Shown here: in pieces, positions 20,006 through 31,118 of the stretch | How the letters are laid out: each line of letters opens with the position of its first letter | Position numbering within the stretch: position 1 is the first letter of the stretch | Notes under the pieces: model-generated | What the model was told of the DNA's origin: nothing | The model's database searches: none | What the model saw: the letters and a program-made list of their open reading frames with translations, nothing else | Source: Myxococcota bacterium | GTDB lineage: Bacteria; Myxococcota_A; SURF-8 | Direction of reading: 5' to 3' | Assembly: GCA_963674735.2 (NCBI GenBank) | Contig: CAXXQS010000001.1 | Coordinates: 1,920,001-1,984,000 of the forward strand | Length of the DNA stretch: 64,000 nucleotides | Program-made: the position numbers and the translations under genes

Positions 20006-21952
20006 TTGAAGCAATCTCAAAAAACGGCCATTCTGTGGATCCTCCTGATCATGATGTTTCTCAGCATCATGTACATGATCAACGATCCGCAAAGCAACCG
20101 CAATGAAATCACATTCAACCAATTCGTCTCCAAGATGGAGCTGACGACGGAATCCGGCGAGCAGGAGGTTAAGGAAATCCTGGTCAAAGGTCGTCAGATC
20201 GAAGGAACCCTTGCCAATGGCGAACAATTCGTCACCCAAGGCCCCATCTCGGAGAGCTACCTGGACAAGCTGATTGCAGCGGGCACCGTGGTCAAATTCG
20301 AAAAAGAAGAGGAAACCGCCTTCTGGCAGCAGTTTCTGATTTCGTGGTTGCCCATGATCTTTCTGTTCGCCATTTTCTTTTTCTTCATGCGCCAACTGCA
20401 GGCCGGTGGCGGCAAAGCCATGTCGTTTGGAAAGTCCAAAGCCAAACTGCTGAACTCGCCAAACAAAAAAGTCACCTTCAAAGATGTCGCCGGAATCGAA
20501 GAGGCCAAGGAAGAAGTACAAGAAATTATTGAGTTTTTACGTGAGCCTAAAAAATTCACCAGCCTGGGCGGACGCATTCCCAAAGGCGTGCTTCTCATGG
20601 GACCGCCGGGAACCGGTAAAACACTTTTGGCACGCGCCATCGCAGGTGAAGCCGACGTCCCGTTTTACTCGATTTCCGGTTCCGATTTCGTTGAGATGTT
20701 CGTGGGTGTCGGCGCCAGCCGAGTGCGCGATCTTTTCGAACAAGGCAAGAAAAACGCCCCCTGCATCATCTTCATCGATGAAATCGACGCCGTCGGTCGT
20801 CATCGCGGCGCGGGCTTGGGCGGCGGACACGATGAACGCGAGCAAACCCTCAACCAGTTGCTCGTTGAGATGGACGGCTTCGAATCCAACGAAGGCGTGA
20901 TTCTGGTTGCGGCAACCAACCGGCCGGACGTCCTGGATCCCGCGCTGCTGCGTCCCGGTCGATTCGACCGCCGCGTGGTGGTTCCCAACCCGGACCTGCT
21001 CGGTCGTCTGGGAATCCTGCAGGTTCATTCCTCCCATGTTCCGCTCGATGAAAAGGTCGACCTGGAGGTGATCGCTCGCGGCACCCCCGGCTTTTCGGGT
21101 GCGGATCTCGAAAACCTGGTCAATGAAGCCGCCCTGCAGGCCGCCCGCCGCAACCTGAAAAAAGTGGAAATGTCCGATTTCGAATCGGCGAAAGACAAAA
21201 TCCTGTTGGGCACCGAACGCCGATCGATGATCGTGAGCGACAAGGAAAAACGCATCACGGCCTATCATGAAGCCGGCCATGCGCTTGTCGCCGCCAAATT
21301 GAAAGACTACGACCCGGTTCAGAAAGTGACCATCATCCCGCGCGGAATGGCGCTGGGATTGACGCAAACCCTTCCCGAAGAGGACAAATACACGCAGTCC
21401 AAAACGTACATCCTCAACACCATCCGTTACGCCATGGGGGGCAGGGCCGCCGAAGAACTCGTTTTCAAAGAAAAGACGACCGGAGCCGGAAACGACATCC
21501 TGCGTTCCACCGCCCTCGCCCGCCGCATGGTCTGCGAATGGGGAATGAGCGACAAACTCGGCCCGCTTTCGTTCGGGAAACGTGAAGAACACATCTTCCT
21601 CGGACGTGAAATATCACGCCAGCAGGACTACAGCGACGTGGTCGCGCGCGATATCGACAGTGAAGTTCGCAGTATCGCGGAAGGCTGCTACCACGACGCG
21701 GTAAGTTCGCTTCGTGAAAGCCTCGACCAGCTGCATGCCATGGCCGAGGCCCTGCTTGAATATGAGACACTCGATGCCGCGGAAGTCCGGAAGATCATGA
21801 ACGGAGAAAAGATCGTTCGTCCCGAGCCGTCGGCGGAGGTTAAAAGCCTCGATACTTTTCTAAAAGCCCCGGAAGACAAAACGGAATCGGATACGGAACC
21901 GGATAAAACCGACCCCAAAGTTCTGGTGCCGCCCAGCTTGGAGAACTCATAA
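20006..21952 (+). CDS. ftsH: ATP-dependent Zn metalloprotease FtsH
   Basis: Two TM segments, Walker [42 protein letters not shown]. Confidence 0.98.
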   Translation: MKQSQKTAILWILLIMMFLSIMYMINDPQSNRNEITFNQFVSKMELTTESGEQEVKEILVKGRQIEGTLANGEQFVTQGPISESYLDKLIAAGTVVKFEKEEETAFWQQFLISWLPMIFLFAIFFFFMRQLQAGGGKAMSFGKSKAKLLNSPNKKVTFKDVAGIEEAKEEVQEIIEFLREPKKFTSLGGRIPKGVLLMGPPGTGKTLLARAIAGEADVPFYSISGSDFVEMFVGVGASRVRDLFEQGKKNAPCIIFIDEIDAVGRHRGAGLGGGHDEREQTLNQLLVEMDGFESNEGVILVAATNRPDVLDPALLRPGRFDRRVVVPNPDLLGRLGILQVHSSHVPLDEKVDLEVIARGTPGFSGADLENLVNEAALQAARRNLKKVEMSDFESAKDKILLGTERRSMIVSDKEKRITAYHEAGHALVAAKLKDYDPVQKVTIIPRGMALGLTQTLPEEDKYTQSKTYILNTIRYAMGGRAAEELVFKEKTTGAGNDILRSTALARRMVCEWGMSDKLGPLSFGKREEHIFLGREISRQQDYSDVVARDIDSEVRSIAEGCYHDAVSSLRESLDQLHAMAEALLEYETLDAAEVRKIMNGEKIVRPEPSAEVKSLDTFLKAPEDKTESDTEPDKTDPKVLVPPSLENS

Positions 21953-22014
21953 GTCGCCGAGCGGATCGCGCAATCGGACACAACCGGGTTGCACACTGAT
22001 GAGGTGTAGGTGCG

Positions 22015-22884
22015 TTGGAGGCGACCCTGGACACGCTATCACTTGGATCGAAAGAACTTGCCTTTGCAAACAAGACCCTCGTTATGGGGATCTTGAACGT
22101 CACCCCCGACTCGTTCTCGGATGGAGGCCGGTTCGACTCGGTTGAACGCGCGCAACGGCATGCACTCAAAATGCTGGCGGATGGAGCGGACATCATCGAT
22201 ATCGGGGGCGAATCGACTCGTCCCGGATCGGATGCCATCTCGGCCGACGAGGAGATGACGCGGGTGATCCCGGTCATCGAGCGCATTCGACTGAAATCGG
22301 ACGTGCCGATCTCCATCGACACAAGCAAAGCCGTCGTGGCCCGCGCGGCCCTGGAAGCCGGAGCGGATATCATCAACGACATTTCGGGCTTGACCTTCGA
22401 TGCCGCGATGCCGCCGCTGGCCGCTGAAACGGGCGTTCCGGTGGTCGTAATGCACACCTTCTCGAATCCGAAAGTGATGCAGAAGACCTATCGGTATGAC
22501 GACGTCGTCGAGGATATTTTCCACTTTTTCAAGGAGCGGCTGGAAGCCCTGACACAAAGCGGCATTCAAGGCGATCGCATCATCCTGGATCCGGGAATCG
22601 GGTTCGGAAAATCGATTCAGCACAATTGCCGCCTGATTCGCGAATGTCGGCGTTTCGGCGAACTGGGCTGCCCCATCTTGATCGGCGCATCCCGCAAGTC
22701 GTTTATCGGTGCGATACTCGACGCGGATGTCAATGACCGCCTCGAAGGGTCGCTCGCGGCGGCGGTTGCCGCAGCCTGGGCCGGGGCGAACATCATTCGC
22801 GCTCACGACGTCAAGGAAACCGTTCGTGCATTGCAACTTTCAGACGCCATTTCAGGACGAACTTCTCTCACGGATTTAGCATAG
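22015..22884 (+). CDS. folP: Dihydropteroate synthase
   Basis: MGILNVTPDSFSDGG, DIGGESTRPG, DPGIGFGK, SRKSF, RAHDV. Confidence 0.97.
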   Translation: MEATLDTLSLGSKELAFANKTLVMGILNVTPDSFSDGGRFDSVERAQRHALKMLADGADIIDIGGESTRPGSDAISADEEMTRVIPVIERIRLKSDVPISIDTSKAVVARAALEAGADIINDISGLTFDAAMPPLAAETGVPVVVMHTFSNPKVMQKTYRYDDVVEDIFHFFKERLEALTQSGIQGDRIILDPGIGFGKSIQHNCRLIRECRRFGELGCPILIGASRKSFIGAILDADVNDRLEGSLAAAVAAAWAGANIIRAHDVKETVRALQLSDAISGRTSLTDLA

Positions 22885-22892
22885 GCGCGTAT

Positions 22893-23690
22893 ATGGAAAA
22901 TTTTCTCGGTCTCAACCTCGAAAACGACATCGGACGCATCGCCATAACTTTGCTGGACCTCGTTTTGGTTTGGTATGTCGTTTATCGCGTGCTGCTCTTG
23001 ATTCGAGGAACCAAAACGGTGCAGGTGCTGGTCGGCCTGATCTTGATCATCATCGCCTTTGCCGTTTCCAAGTTCCTGGGTTTGATGACCTTGAGCTGGA
23101 TACTCGATTATTTCGTCAACTCGTTCATCTTCATCCTGATCGTCGTTTTTCAGCATGATATCCGTCGCGGCCTTTCCAAAATGGGTCGCAACCCGTTTTT
23201 TCACGGGATCAGCACCCTTGAGGAGGTTTTCTTTATCGAGGAACTGGTCAAAGCCTCCTCGGCTCTTTCAAACAAACGCGTCGGAGCCTTGATCGTCATC
23301 GAGCGCGAGGCCGACTTGACCGAATTCACGGAAGAAGGAACGGCCATCGACGCCAAAGTCAACCGCGAGATGATCATGTCGATCATGCATCCAAGCTCAC
23401 CGATTCACGACGGCGCCATTATCGTTCAGGATGGTCGTATGACGTTCGCCGGATGTTTCCTCCCCCTGAGTTCAAACCCCAAAATTTCGCGTGAATTGGG
23501 CACCCGCCATCGGGCGGCGATCGGGGTTTCGGAGGAAACGGACGCCTTGGTCATCGTGGTCAGCGAGGAAACGGGCAAGATTTCGTTCGTCATGGATGGC
23601 CAGATCACACGGGATCTCGATTCCAACACGCTCAAGAAAATCCTTCAGAACACGTTGGGTCTTTCTACGTCAAAGAAGGCAAAATCCTAA
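22893..23690 (+). CDS. dacA: Diadenylate cyclase CdaA/DacA
   Basis: Three N-terminal TM helices; DAC motifs HDGA and GTRHRAA; VVSEETG. Confidence 0.95.
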   Translation: MENFLGLNLENDIGRIAITLLDLVLVWYVVYRVLLLIRGTKTVQVLVGLILIIIAFAVSKFLGLMTLSWILDYFVNSFIFILIVVFQHDIRRGLSKMGRNPFFHGISTLEEVFFIEELVKASSALSNKRVGALIVIEREADLTEFTEEGTAIDAKVNREMIMSIMHPSSPIHDGAIIVQDGRMTFAGCFLPLSSNPKISRELGTRHRAAIGVSEETDALVIVVSEETGKISFVMDGQITRDLDSNTLKKILQNTLGLSTSKKAKS

Positions 23691-24679
23691 TGGCCCAGGG
23701 ATCCAAAGAAACATTTGCGAATATGGTGAAGTCGTTGTTGCGTCGCTTGTTCGTCGACAACATCGGGCTCAAGCTGTTCTCCTTCCTGATTGCCCTTCTG
23801 CTCTGGCTCTTTGTTCTCGGCGCTGAAGACGTCACCACCACGGTGGATGTTCCGCTCTTTTTCCGCCTCTCCGCCGACCGGGTGCTGGTTTCCGACGTTC
23901 CGCATCACATTAAAATCAACGTCTCCGGCCCTTGGGCGACTCTGAAAAGCTGGAACACGGAGAACATCGAAGTTTCGATGGATTTGTCGAAAACGGATCT
24001 AGGTCCAAGTGTGGTTTATTTCGAGGAAAGCCTGTTTCGACTTCCCCCCGGATTGAAACTGGTGCGCGTCAACCCTTCCCAGTTAACGATCAGCCTGGCG
24101 AAAAAGGCTTCGAAAATCGTGCGTTTGTTACCGATGCATTCAGGCAAACCCGCAGCCGGGTATGTCGTAAAGGCCATCGAGCCGATCCCGGAAGTCCTGA
24201 CCATCGAAGGCGCGGAAAGCGACCTGCTCATTATCGATGAGGTACTGACCGAAGAAATCAACGTAACCGGCAAACGCGAAACCTTCACCACGACCACGAC
24301 ACCGGTCCGGCTTTCAAAGAACATTCAATTCCCCAGCAAGGATCCGATCCTCGTGACCGTCACCATCAAGAAAGACCTCATCGAGCGGACCCTCCTCGAC
24401 ATTCCGATCTCGGTTAAAAACACGAACTTCCAGACATCCTTGAAACCTCCAACGACCTCCATCACGGTTTCAGGACCGCGAGAGGCCGTCGAAAAGCTGA
24501 CCCGTAAGGAGATTACCGCCTTTATCGATGTCGGCAAGGAGGAAGGCGATATCCCCGGCACCACCTCCACCCGCGAAGTGGAATTCGGTCCGCTCCCGGA
24601 CAACATCAAAATCAAGGCGGGTTCGTATACTGTGAAGCTGATCATATCGAGCGTTCTCAAGAACAAAAGCGACAACTGA
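23690..24679 (+). CDS. cdaR: YbbR-domain regulator CdaR
   Basis: DNIGLKLFSFLIALLLWLFV anchor, repeated YbbR-like units (V.VSGP, I.GAES); lies between dacA and glmM. Confidence 0.88.
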   Translation: MAQGSKETFANMVKSLLRRLFVDNIGLKLFSFLIALLLWLFVLGAEDVTTTVDVPLFFRLSADRVLVSDVPHHIKINVSGPWATLKSWNTENIEVSMDLSKTDLGPSVVYFEESLFRLPPGLKLVRVNPSQLTISLAKKASKIVRLLPMHSGKPAAGYVVKAIEPIPEVLTIEGAESDLLIIDEVLTEEINVTGKRETFTTTTTPVRLSKNIQFPSKDPILVTVTIKKDLIERTLLDIPISVKNTNFQTSLKPPTTSITVSGPREAVEKLTRKEITAFIDVGKEEGDIPGTTSTREVEFGPLPDNIKIKAGSYTVKLIISSVLKNKSDN

Positions 24680-24720
24680 CCGGATATCCTCGGAACCGGA
24701 ATCGTGAAACAGGACCGATT

Positions 24721-26073
24721 ATGAGAAAATTATTTGGAACAGATGGAATTCGCGGGCAAGCCAATCGCTATCCCATGGACGCCTATACCGCCTACAAAGT
24801 CGGCGCGGCGGTCGGCCATTATTTCCGCCAACTGCACCGCGCCCCGAAAGTCCTGATCGGCCGCGACACCCGTCTTTCGGGTTTCATGCTGCAAAACGCG
24901 ATTGCGGCCGGACTGTGTGCGGTGGGCTGCGAAGCCGTGGAATTGGGCGTCGTTTCGACCCCCGGCGTCGCCTACCTCACGCATCATAAAGGCGCCGATG
25001 CCGGTATCATGATCAGCGCCTCGCACAATCCCTACATCGACAACGGAATCAAGATCTTTTCCAACGATGGGTTCAAGCTGCCGGACGCCAATGAACTGGA
25101 AATCGAAGACCTGATCCTGAACACCAACAGCGACGACCTGCATGTGGCCCCTGAAGAGATCGGCATGACCTCCTCCAGGCCGGAAGCGGTCCGCTGGTAC
25201 AGTGAGATTCTCAGCAACTCGGTCGGAAAGCGGACCTTCGATGGGATGAAAATCGTGTTGGACTGTGCTCATGGCGCGGCCACCAACATCGCCCCGCCGA
25301 TTTTCCGCAGCCTCCGCGCCAAAGTCACCACCATCGGAAACGATCCGGACGGCCGTAACATCAATGACGGCATCGGCTCGCTGTATCCCGAACAACTCCA
25401 GGAAACCGTCCGCAAAACCGGGGCGGATTTCGGAGTCGCCTTTGATGGCGATGCGGATCGCGCCATTTTCGTCGATGCCAACGGGTTGGTCGTGGATGGC
25501 GACTGCATCATGGCAATCTGCGCCAAAAAGCTCAATGATGACGGCCATCTCATGCACAAGACCCTGGTTGCAACGGTGATGAGCAATATCGGCCTGCACC
25601 GCGCCATGGAAGCGGAAGGAATCAAAGTCATCACCACCGCCGTCGGTGACCGCTACGTCGTCGAAGAGATGCGGAGCCATGGCTACAATTTCGGCGGCGA
25701 GCAATCCGGCCACCTGATCTTCCTGGATTACAGCACCACCGGCGACGGCATCCTCACCGCTTTGCAGGTTTTGACCATTCTCTACGACAGTGGACGTCCC
25801 CTGCACGAACTCACCCAACTGATGACCCGTTATCCCCAGGTTCTGCTGAACCTGAAAGTGAAAGAAAAACGCCCCATCGACACATTGCCCTCGGTTTCCG
25901 GGTTGATTCGCCAGATCGAAGAAAAACTGGGGAAAGAGGGGCGCGTACTCGTGCGCTACAGCGGCACCGAAAACCTGGCGCGCGTCATGGTGGAAGGCCT
26001 GGATCAGCAAGAGATCGACGGCTATGCCTCCGAAATTCTTGCCGCCATCGACAAGGAGCTCAATCAAACGTGA
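24721..26073 (+). CDS. glmM: Phosphoglucosamine mutase
   Basis: FGTDGIRG, MISASHNP, AFDGDADR, GGEQSGH, VRYSGTE. Confidence 0.97.
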   Translation: MRKLFGTDGIRGQANRYPMDAYTAYKVGAAVGHYFRQLHRAPKVLIGRDTRLSGFMLQNAIAAGLCAVGCEAVELGVVSTPGVAYLTHHKGADAGIMISASHNPYIDNGIKIFSNDGFKLPDANELEIEDLILNTNSDDLHVAPEEIGMTSSRPEAVRWYSEILSNSVGKRTFDGMKIVLDCAHGAATNIAPPIFRSLRAKVTTIGNDPDGRNINDGIGSLYPEQLQETVRKTGADFGVAFDGDADRAIFVDANGLVVDGDCIMAICAKKLNDDGHLMHKTLVATVMSNIGLHRAMEAEGIKVITTAVGDRYVVEEMRSHGYNFGGEQSGHLIFLDYSTTGDGILTALQVLTILYDSGRPLHELTQLMTRYPQVLLNLKVKEKRPIDTLPSVSGLIRQIEEKLGKEGRVLVRYSGTENLARVMVEGLDQQEIDGYASEILAAIDKELNQT

Positions 26074-28433
26074 TATCTTTGCCGACAGGTCTGCCGTTCC
26101 GCCAAGGACAGGCAAGCCTGCTCCACGCAATCGGAGTCTTCCTGGTCCTTATCCTTGTTCTTTCTCTGCCCTGCTCTACCCTGGCGGCTCCCGATTCGAC
26201 CTCGCACCCCCTGATCCGAACGACGAAACAATCTTTTATCGGCGACATCGCCCTCCCCTCGCCGCCGTCGACGGTTCGACCACGCCCTTTCGTTAAACCT
26301 GCCGACGAAGAAGCCCAGCCCCTCAAAATCCCGAGCGAAAAAGCGAACAAACTGCCTTTGACCGAAATTCTGGACTTCGCCGATCGCTACAACCACGGAC
26401 TCTGGCTGGATGTCGGCTCCCCCGCCTTCGCCTTACATACGCGCCCCGGCGAATGGACGGAAGCGGAATTCGCTCCGTTCAACAGAAGCACTCAACGTCT
26501 TCGGAAAAATAGCGCAACCATTCGCTGTTTTCTTCCCGAAGCCGACACGTATGTCGTAAGCCTCCACGCCCGAGTCGACCGTTCGGGAGAAACGTTTTCC
26601 ATTGAAACCTCCGGAAAATCCCCGGTCTCGGTGGCGCTGGACAAAGAGGGCTGGTCAAGCTATTGGTTGGATCTCAGTGACTGGGATTCGATCAGTGGAT
26701 ATCGGGAATTCACGTTAAAAACGTCGCGAACGCAGTCTATTTCCATCGATCAGGTGCATTTCCACCCGGTTACCCGCTTTCATCCCAAACCGAATCTGGC
26801 CATTCCACCGGTAGAACCCCTTCGACAATCCATCTTTTACGGTCCCCCCGCCCCTCTCTCGCCCTCCAAATCCAAACAGGAGGTGTCTCTACCGGGCGAA
26901 GGCGGGCTTGTCTGGCATATGGAGGTTCCCAACGCGGTCCGGCTGCTGTTTTCCCTGCGCATCGAACGCGACATTCCCGGACAAAGTCCGGTCGTTTTGC
27001 TGGTACGCGCCGCCAACGCCGACGCGAAACCGGATCTGCTGTTCGTCGAACCTTTCGCGTACCCCTCCAACGCACGCAACCATACTTATGCCGTCGATCT
27101 GACAAAGTATGCGGGTCGTCTCGTCCGCCTGGAGATATGGACAACCGGAGGAACCGACAGCGACCGATTGACCCTGATCGATCCGCGCATCGAAACCTAT
27201 CTGCCGGTTCGCCCTCCAACGGCCTGGATTCCGCCACGCAACGTCATCGTTTTCCTGAGCGATACTCTGCGCTGGGACAAGATCCATTTCTTCAAACCGG
27301 CCGACAACGACATTATCACTCCCAACTTCGACCGAATCGCCAGCGAGGGCATCACCTTCACCAACGCCATCTCCCAGGGATGCTGGTCCAAACCCTCGCA
27401 GGCCGCCATCATGGGCGGTCGTTATCCGTGGGATCTCCGGATGGAGAAACCGGAGCAAACCCGCGCCGATAACGTTCTCTTGATTGCCGATGCCATCAAG
27501 GACAAGCGCCCCGAAGTGGTGACGGCCTCCTTTTCCTCCAACGGCTATGTGTCATCCCGCTTCGGTTTCGCCCAGAACTGGGACTATTCCCGCAACATGA
27601 TTCGCGAACAACTCCCCAATCGAACGGAATACCTGCTCTCCGCCATGACCCGTACATGGGAGAAAAACGCGATAAGCGAACAGCCCTTTTTCGTCTGGCT
27701 CGGGACCATCGACCCGCATGTGGCCTATAACCCCAGAAAGCCTTTTCTCGATCTCTACGACCCGGACCCCTATCACGGCCGAATCGTTCCTTATAAAACG
27801 GCCTCCCTTTTGTATGAAATCCGCACGGGACGCTTCAAACCATCCAAACGAGACTGGCACCACCTGAACGCCCTATACAAAGGCGAAGTTACCTACAACG
27901 ACGCTCAATTCGGCGAATTGATGAAACAATTGGAGGATTGGGATATTCTCGACGATACGGCTCTGATCCTCGTTTCGGATCACGGGGACGAATTCCTGGA
28001 CCACAAAGGCATGGGGCATGGTCATTCTCTTTATGACGAGTTGGTCCGCGTTCCGATGATCGTCTATTACCCGCGGGGATTTCGTCAAGCCCGCGTCATC
28101 GATCAAACCGTGGAAACCATGGCGATCTATCCGACGGTTTTGTCCATGCTCGACATCGAGCCCAAACCGGAAACCACGGCCCAAAGCCTTTTACCTTATG
28201 CTTTCGGGGCCGCTCCCTTGTGGCCACGCGTGTCCGCCTCTACCCTTTCGCGCTCCCAAACGTTGATCGCCCTTTCACAATGGCGGCTGCTGATCAAACA
28301 AAACGAGCTGCGCCTTTTCGATACGGCTTCAGACCCCTACCAGCAAAATGAACTAGCCGATTCACGGCCGGATGTTGTATATTACATGTGGAAGCGTTAT
28401 ATGATGTGGAAGTATCGCTATCAACTTTCCTAG
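26070..28433 (+). CDS. Exported sulfatase-superfamily protein with long N-terminal beta-rich region
   Basis: NVIVFLSDTLRWD, TPNFDRIA, WSKPSQAAIMGGRYP, DPHVAY, VSDHGDEF, HGHSLYDELVRVP. Confidence 0.85.
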   Translation: MISLPTGLPFRQGQASLLHAIGVFLVLILVLSLPCSTLAAPDSTSHPLIRTTKQSFIGDIALPSPPSTVRPRPFVKPADEEAQPLKIPSEKANKLPLTEILDFADRYNHGLWLDVGSPAFALHTRPGEWTEAEFAPFNRSTQRLRKNSATIRCFLPEADTYVVSLHARVDRSGETFSIETSGKSPVSVALDKEGWSSYWLDLSDWDSISGYREFTLKTSRTQSISIDQVHFHPVTRFHPKPNLAIPPVEPLRQSIFYGPPAPLSPSKSKQEVSLPGEGGLVWHMEVPNAVRLLFSLRIERDIPGQSPVVLLVRAANADAKPDLLFVEPFAYPSNARNHTYAVDLTKYAGRLVRLEIWTTGGTDSDRLTLIDPRIETYLPVRPPTAWIPPRNVIVFLSDTLRWDKIHFFKPADNDIITPNFDRIASEGITFTNAISQGCWSKPSQAAIMGGRYPWDLRMEKPEQTRADNVLLIADAIKDKRPEVVTASFSSNGYVSSRFGFAQNWDYSRNMIREQLPNRTEYLLSAMTRTWEKNAISEQPFFVWLGTIDPHVAYNPRKPFLDLYDPDPYHGRIVPYKTASLLYEIRTGRFKPSKRDWHHLNALYKGEVTYNDAQFGELMKQLEDWDILDDTALILVSDHGDEFLDHKGMGHGHSLYDELVRVPMIVYYPRGFRQARVIDQTVETMAIYPTVLSMLDIEPKPETTAQSLLPYAFGAAPLWPRVSASTLSRSQTLIALSQWRLLIKQNELRLFDTASDPYQQNELADSRPDVVYYMWKRYMMWKYRYQLS

Positions 28434-28458
28434 CCCCAGAACGCCCAAGAGGTCGCCC

Positions 28459-29340
28459 ATGCGTCGGATTGATCGTCTTTTTATTTTCGCCCTGCTCGCC
28501 TTTATTCTGAGTTTGAGCAACCCCGCTCACTCAAAAACGAGCAAAGATAAATTCGTCCCGAAAACCGGCATCGAACGCAAAACCATCATGATGGCGCCGG
28601 TTGCGAAAGAAATCTATATAAACCGAGACATCACCCAGGAAGCTCTGACGCGCCTGGCCTCGATCGAGAATTTAACATTTATCGTCGATACGGGCGGTTT
28701 TCCGCCAAAGTCATTGTTGGTACGACTGGCCAAACTGGACCGTCCCGTTCGTCTCGTGTTGCCCAATACGTTCACCAGCGCTCACACACGACGTTTGTCC
28801 GTTCTCGCTGAATACGGTGTCCTTTTCAGGATTTCAGGATCCACCATGACCGAGGAGGTCGCGAATCGCGTGCTGGCGCTTGGACCTCGGCGCAAAACAT
28901 TCGAAGTCGACCTGCAAGAGCTGACTCCCAAAACCCTCAAACTGCTCTCCAAAGTCGGCCCATTCGACCTGCGAATCCGCCTTTCATCCACTCGCACTCT
29001 GTCCCGTACCGATTTGGGTATGTTGAGCCGGCTTAAAGTCATGAAAGAACTACTGGTTCCGGCCGACTATCCGCCCAAAATGATTCAGAGGCTCGGACGT
29101 TTCTCGCAAACACGCATTTTGCTGCACACACAGGGAGTCGGTCCCAACCAGGACCAAGTCAAGGTGTTGAATAAACTACGAAAAGTTGAATGTGGCGCGA
29201 TCGTCCGCGGTCTTATTAAAAGTCGTGAAGCCTTCAACTACCTCATGCTCGACAACCTGCGCGTCCTTTACATTTATCCCGAGGACTGGACAGTCACCCA
29301 GCAATTCGTCGAGATGATGAATAGTCGCGGGGCAATCTAG
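28459..29340 (+). CDS. Secreted basic hypothetical protein
   Basis: Signal peptide MRRIDRLFIFALLAFILSLSNPAHS; 293-aa ORF with GAGG RBS; no recognised motif. Confidence 0.65.
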   Translation: MRRIDRLFIFALLAFILSLSNPAHSKTSKDKFVPKTGIERKTIMMAPVAKEIYINRDITQEALTRLASIENLTFIVDTGGFPPKSLLVRLAKLDRPVRLVLPNTFTSAHTRRLSVLAEYGVLFRISGSTMTEEVANRVLALGPRRKTFEVDLQELTPKTLKLLSKVGPFDLRIRLSSTRTLSRTDLGMLSRLKVMKELLVPADYPPKMIQRLGRFSQTRILLHTQGVGPNQDQVKVLNKLRKVECGAIVRGLIKSREAFNYLMLDNLRVLYIYPEDWTVTQQFVEMMNSRGAI

Positions 29341-29449
29341 GAACAAAGCTGAAGTAACACTTAAAGACTTTCATTATTTTCTTTTTTTTGCTAGGCTTTT
29401 CGACTGATTCCAGTCAAAATAATTATTCGACGATTTAATTGTTTTTTTC

Positions 29450-29478
29450 TTGACAGCCTATGACCCTTCTGGTAAAGA
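29450..29478 (+). promoter_or_regulatory. Candidate sigma70 promoter for tRNA-Val/infC
   Basis: TTGACA-17 bp-TAAAGA after a T-rich UP-like tract; the -10 element is imperfect. Confidence 0.45.
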
Positions 29479-29517
29479 AATCACTCACTTGCGGGCCGTA
29501 TCGGCTTGCAGGCAGAC

Positions 29518-29592
29518 AGGCACGTAGCTCAAGGGTAGAGCGCCATCTTGACGTGGTGGATGTTGGCGGTTCAAGTCCGCCCGTGCCTACCA
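29518..29592 (+). tRNA. tRNA-Val(GAC)
   Basis: Acceptor AGGCACG/CGTGCCT-A-CCA; anticodon arm CCATC-TT-GAC-GT-GGTGG; T loop GGTTCAAGTCC. Confidence 0.96.
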
Positions 29593-29642
29593 TCTTTGAT
29601 TTATAGGATGGTTTACCAAACACGTATTGCAGGAGGACCCCC

Positions 29643-30170
29643 ATCAAGTCCGATAAAGATAAAAGCGCACGGATTAACGATCAAATCCGTACTCCGAGCG
29701 TCAGAGTGATCACTGAAGACGGAGAACAGTTAGGGATTCTCGCTATACATGATGCGCTCGACATCGCGTTCGATCGTGGTTTGGATCTTGTTGAAGTATC
29801 GCCCAATGCGGATCCGCCGGTTTGCAAGATCATGGATTTTGGCAAATTCAAGTATCAGCAAAGCAAGCGCAAGACGGAAGCCAGAAAAAAACAGACGATC
29901 ATTCAAGTTAAGGAAGTGAAGCTTCGCACCAAAACCGAGACGCACGACATCCAGACGAAAGTGAAAAATCTGCTTCGGTTTATCGGTGAAGGAAATAAAG
30001 TCAAGATTTCGGTAATGTTCAGCGGTCGTGAGATTACACACCCCGAATTAGGTGTGTCGGTTCTTAACCGGGTTATGGACGAAGTCGGCGAAAAGGTGAC
30101 AATCGATACCCAACCCCGGATGGAAGGTCGCTGTATGGTCATGTTCGTGTCGCCACGATCTGACAAATAA
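29643..30170 (+). CDS. infC: Translation initiation factor IF-3, probable ATC start
   Basis: LDLVEVSPNADPPVCKIMDFGKFKY and KEVKLR. Frame extends upstream of the ORF-track start through RINDQIR to ATC 29643, 6 nt after AGGAGG. Confidence 0.93.
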   Translation: MKSDKDKSARINDQIRTPSVRVITEDGEQLGILAIHDALDIAFDRGLDLVEVSPNADPPVCKIMDFGKFKYQQSKRKTEARKKQTIIQVKEVKLRTKTETHDIQTKVKNLLRFIGEGNKVKISVMFSGREITHPELGVSVLNRVMDEVGEKVTIDTQPRMEGRCMVMFVSPRSDK

Positions 30171-30188
30171 TGACAACAGGAGTCGACA

Positions 30189-30389
30189 ATGCCTAAGATG
30201 AAAACGAACCGAGCCGCAGCTAAACGTTTCAAACTGCGCGCGAGCGGTTCGATCAAGCGGAAGCGGGCGTTCCATTCGCACATCTTGACGAAGAAGTCCA
30301 CCAAGCGCTGCAGGAATTTGCGGCAGCGAGCTGAACTTGACGCTAGCAACTTCGATAACGTTGCCCGTCTTATTCCCAAAGTGAAGTAA
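30189..30389 (+). CDS. rpmI: 50S ribosomal protein L35
   Basis: [15 protein letters not shown]...HILTKKS. Confidence 0.97.
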   Translation: MPKMKTNRAAAKRFKLRASGSIKRKRAFHSHILTKKSTKRCRNLRQRAELDASNFDNVARLIPKVK

Positions 30390-30401
30390 CGGAGATTTTC
30401 G

Positions 30402-30761
30402 ATGCCTCGAGTGAAACGCGGATACAAAGCACGTCACCGCCGGAAAAAAATACTCAAGCTTGCCAAAGGCTACCGCGGCGCACGTTCGAAGCTTTATAGG
30501 GTTGCAACCCATACGGTTAAGCGGGCCTTGGTTTACGCTTTCCGTGATCGACGTGTGCGGAAACGGGATTTTCGCCGTCTTTGGATCACCCGTATCAATG
30601 CTGCCCTGCGAGCGGAATCGGTTTCTTACAGCCGCTTTATCAATGGGCTGAAACATGCAGAAATAGCGCTTGATCGGAAGATTCTGGCCGATCTGGCCGT
30701 GACAGATCCAAATGGGTTCAAGGCTGTCGTCGAGCAGGTGCGCCCACATTTGGCTGGCTAG
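30402..30761 (+). CDS. rplT: 50S ribosomal protein L20
   Basis: MPRVKRG...KLAKGYRG...[12 protein letters not shown]. Confidence 0.98.
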   Translation: MPRVKRGYKARHRRKKILKLAKGYRGARSKLYRVATHTVKRALVYAFRDRRVRKRDFRRLWITRINAALRAESVSYSRFINGLKHAEIALDRKILADLAVTDPNGFKAVVEQVRPHLAG

Positions 30762-30806
30762 CCGTATTGTGAGGGGTTGCACCGGCGGCGCAAACGGGAG
30801 GACCGC

Positions 30807-31094
30807 ATGACCAAAGCCGACTTGATCGAAAACGTGTATCAAAAAATCGGATTCTCGAAAAAGGAGTCTGCCGAAATCGTTGAGATGGTTTTCGATATCA
30901 TCAAAGAAACCTTGGAAAAGGGTGAAAAGATCAAGATTTCCGGCTTCGGCAATTTCGTCGTACGGGAAAAGAAGTCTCGCATCGGGCGCAATCCCCAGAC
31001 GGGTGAAGAGATCGAAATCTCATCTCGTCGCGTGTTGACTTTCAAGCCGAGCCAGGTACTGAAGAACCTGTTGAACGGTGGCATCGAGGTCTAA
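30807..31094 (+). CDS. ihfA: Integration host factor alpha subunit
   Basis: MTKADL...KISGFGNF..REKKSRIGRNPQTGEE...TFKPS; GGAGG RBS. Confidence 0.93.
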   Translation: MTKADLIENVYQKIGFSKKESAEIVEMVFDIIKETLEKGEKIKISGFGNFVVREKKSRIGRNPQTGEEIEISSRRVLTFKPSQVLKNLLNGGIEV

Positions 31095-31118
31095 CGACGA
31101 GTAAGGCGGGAGATCGGG

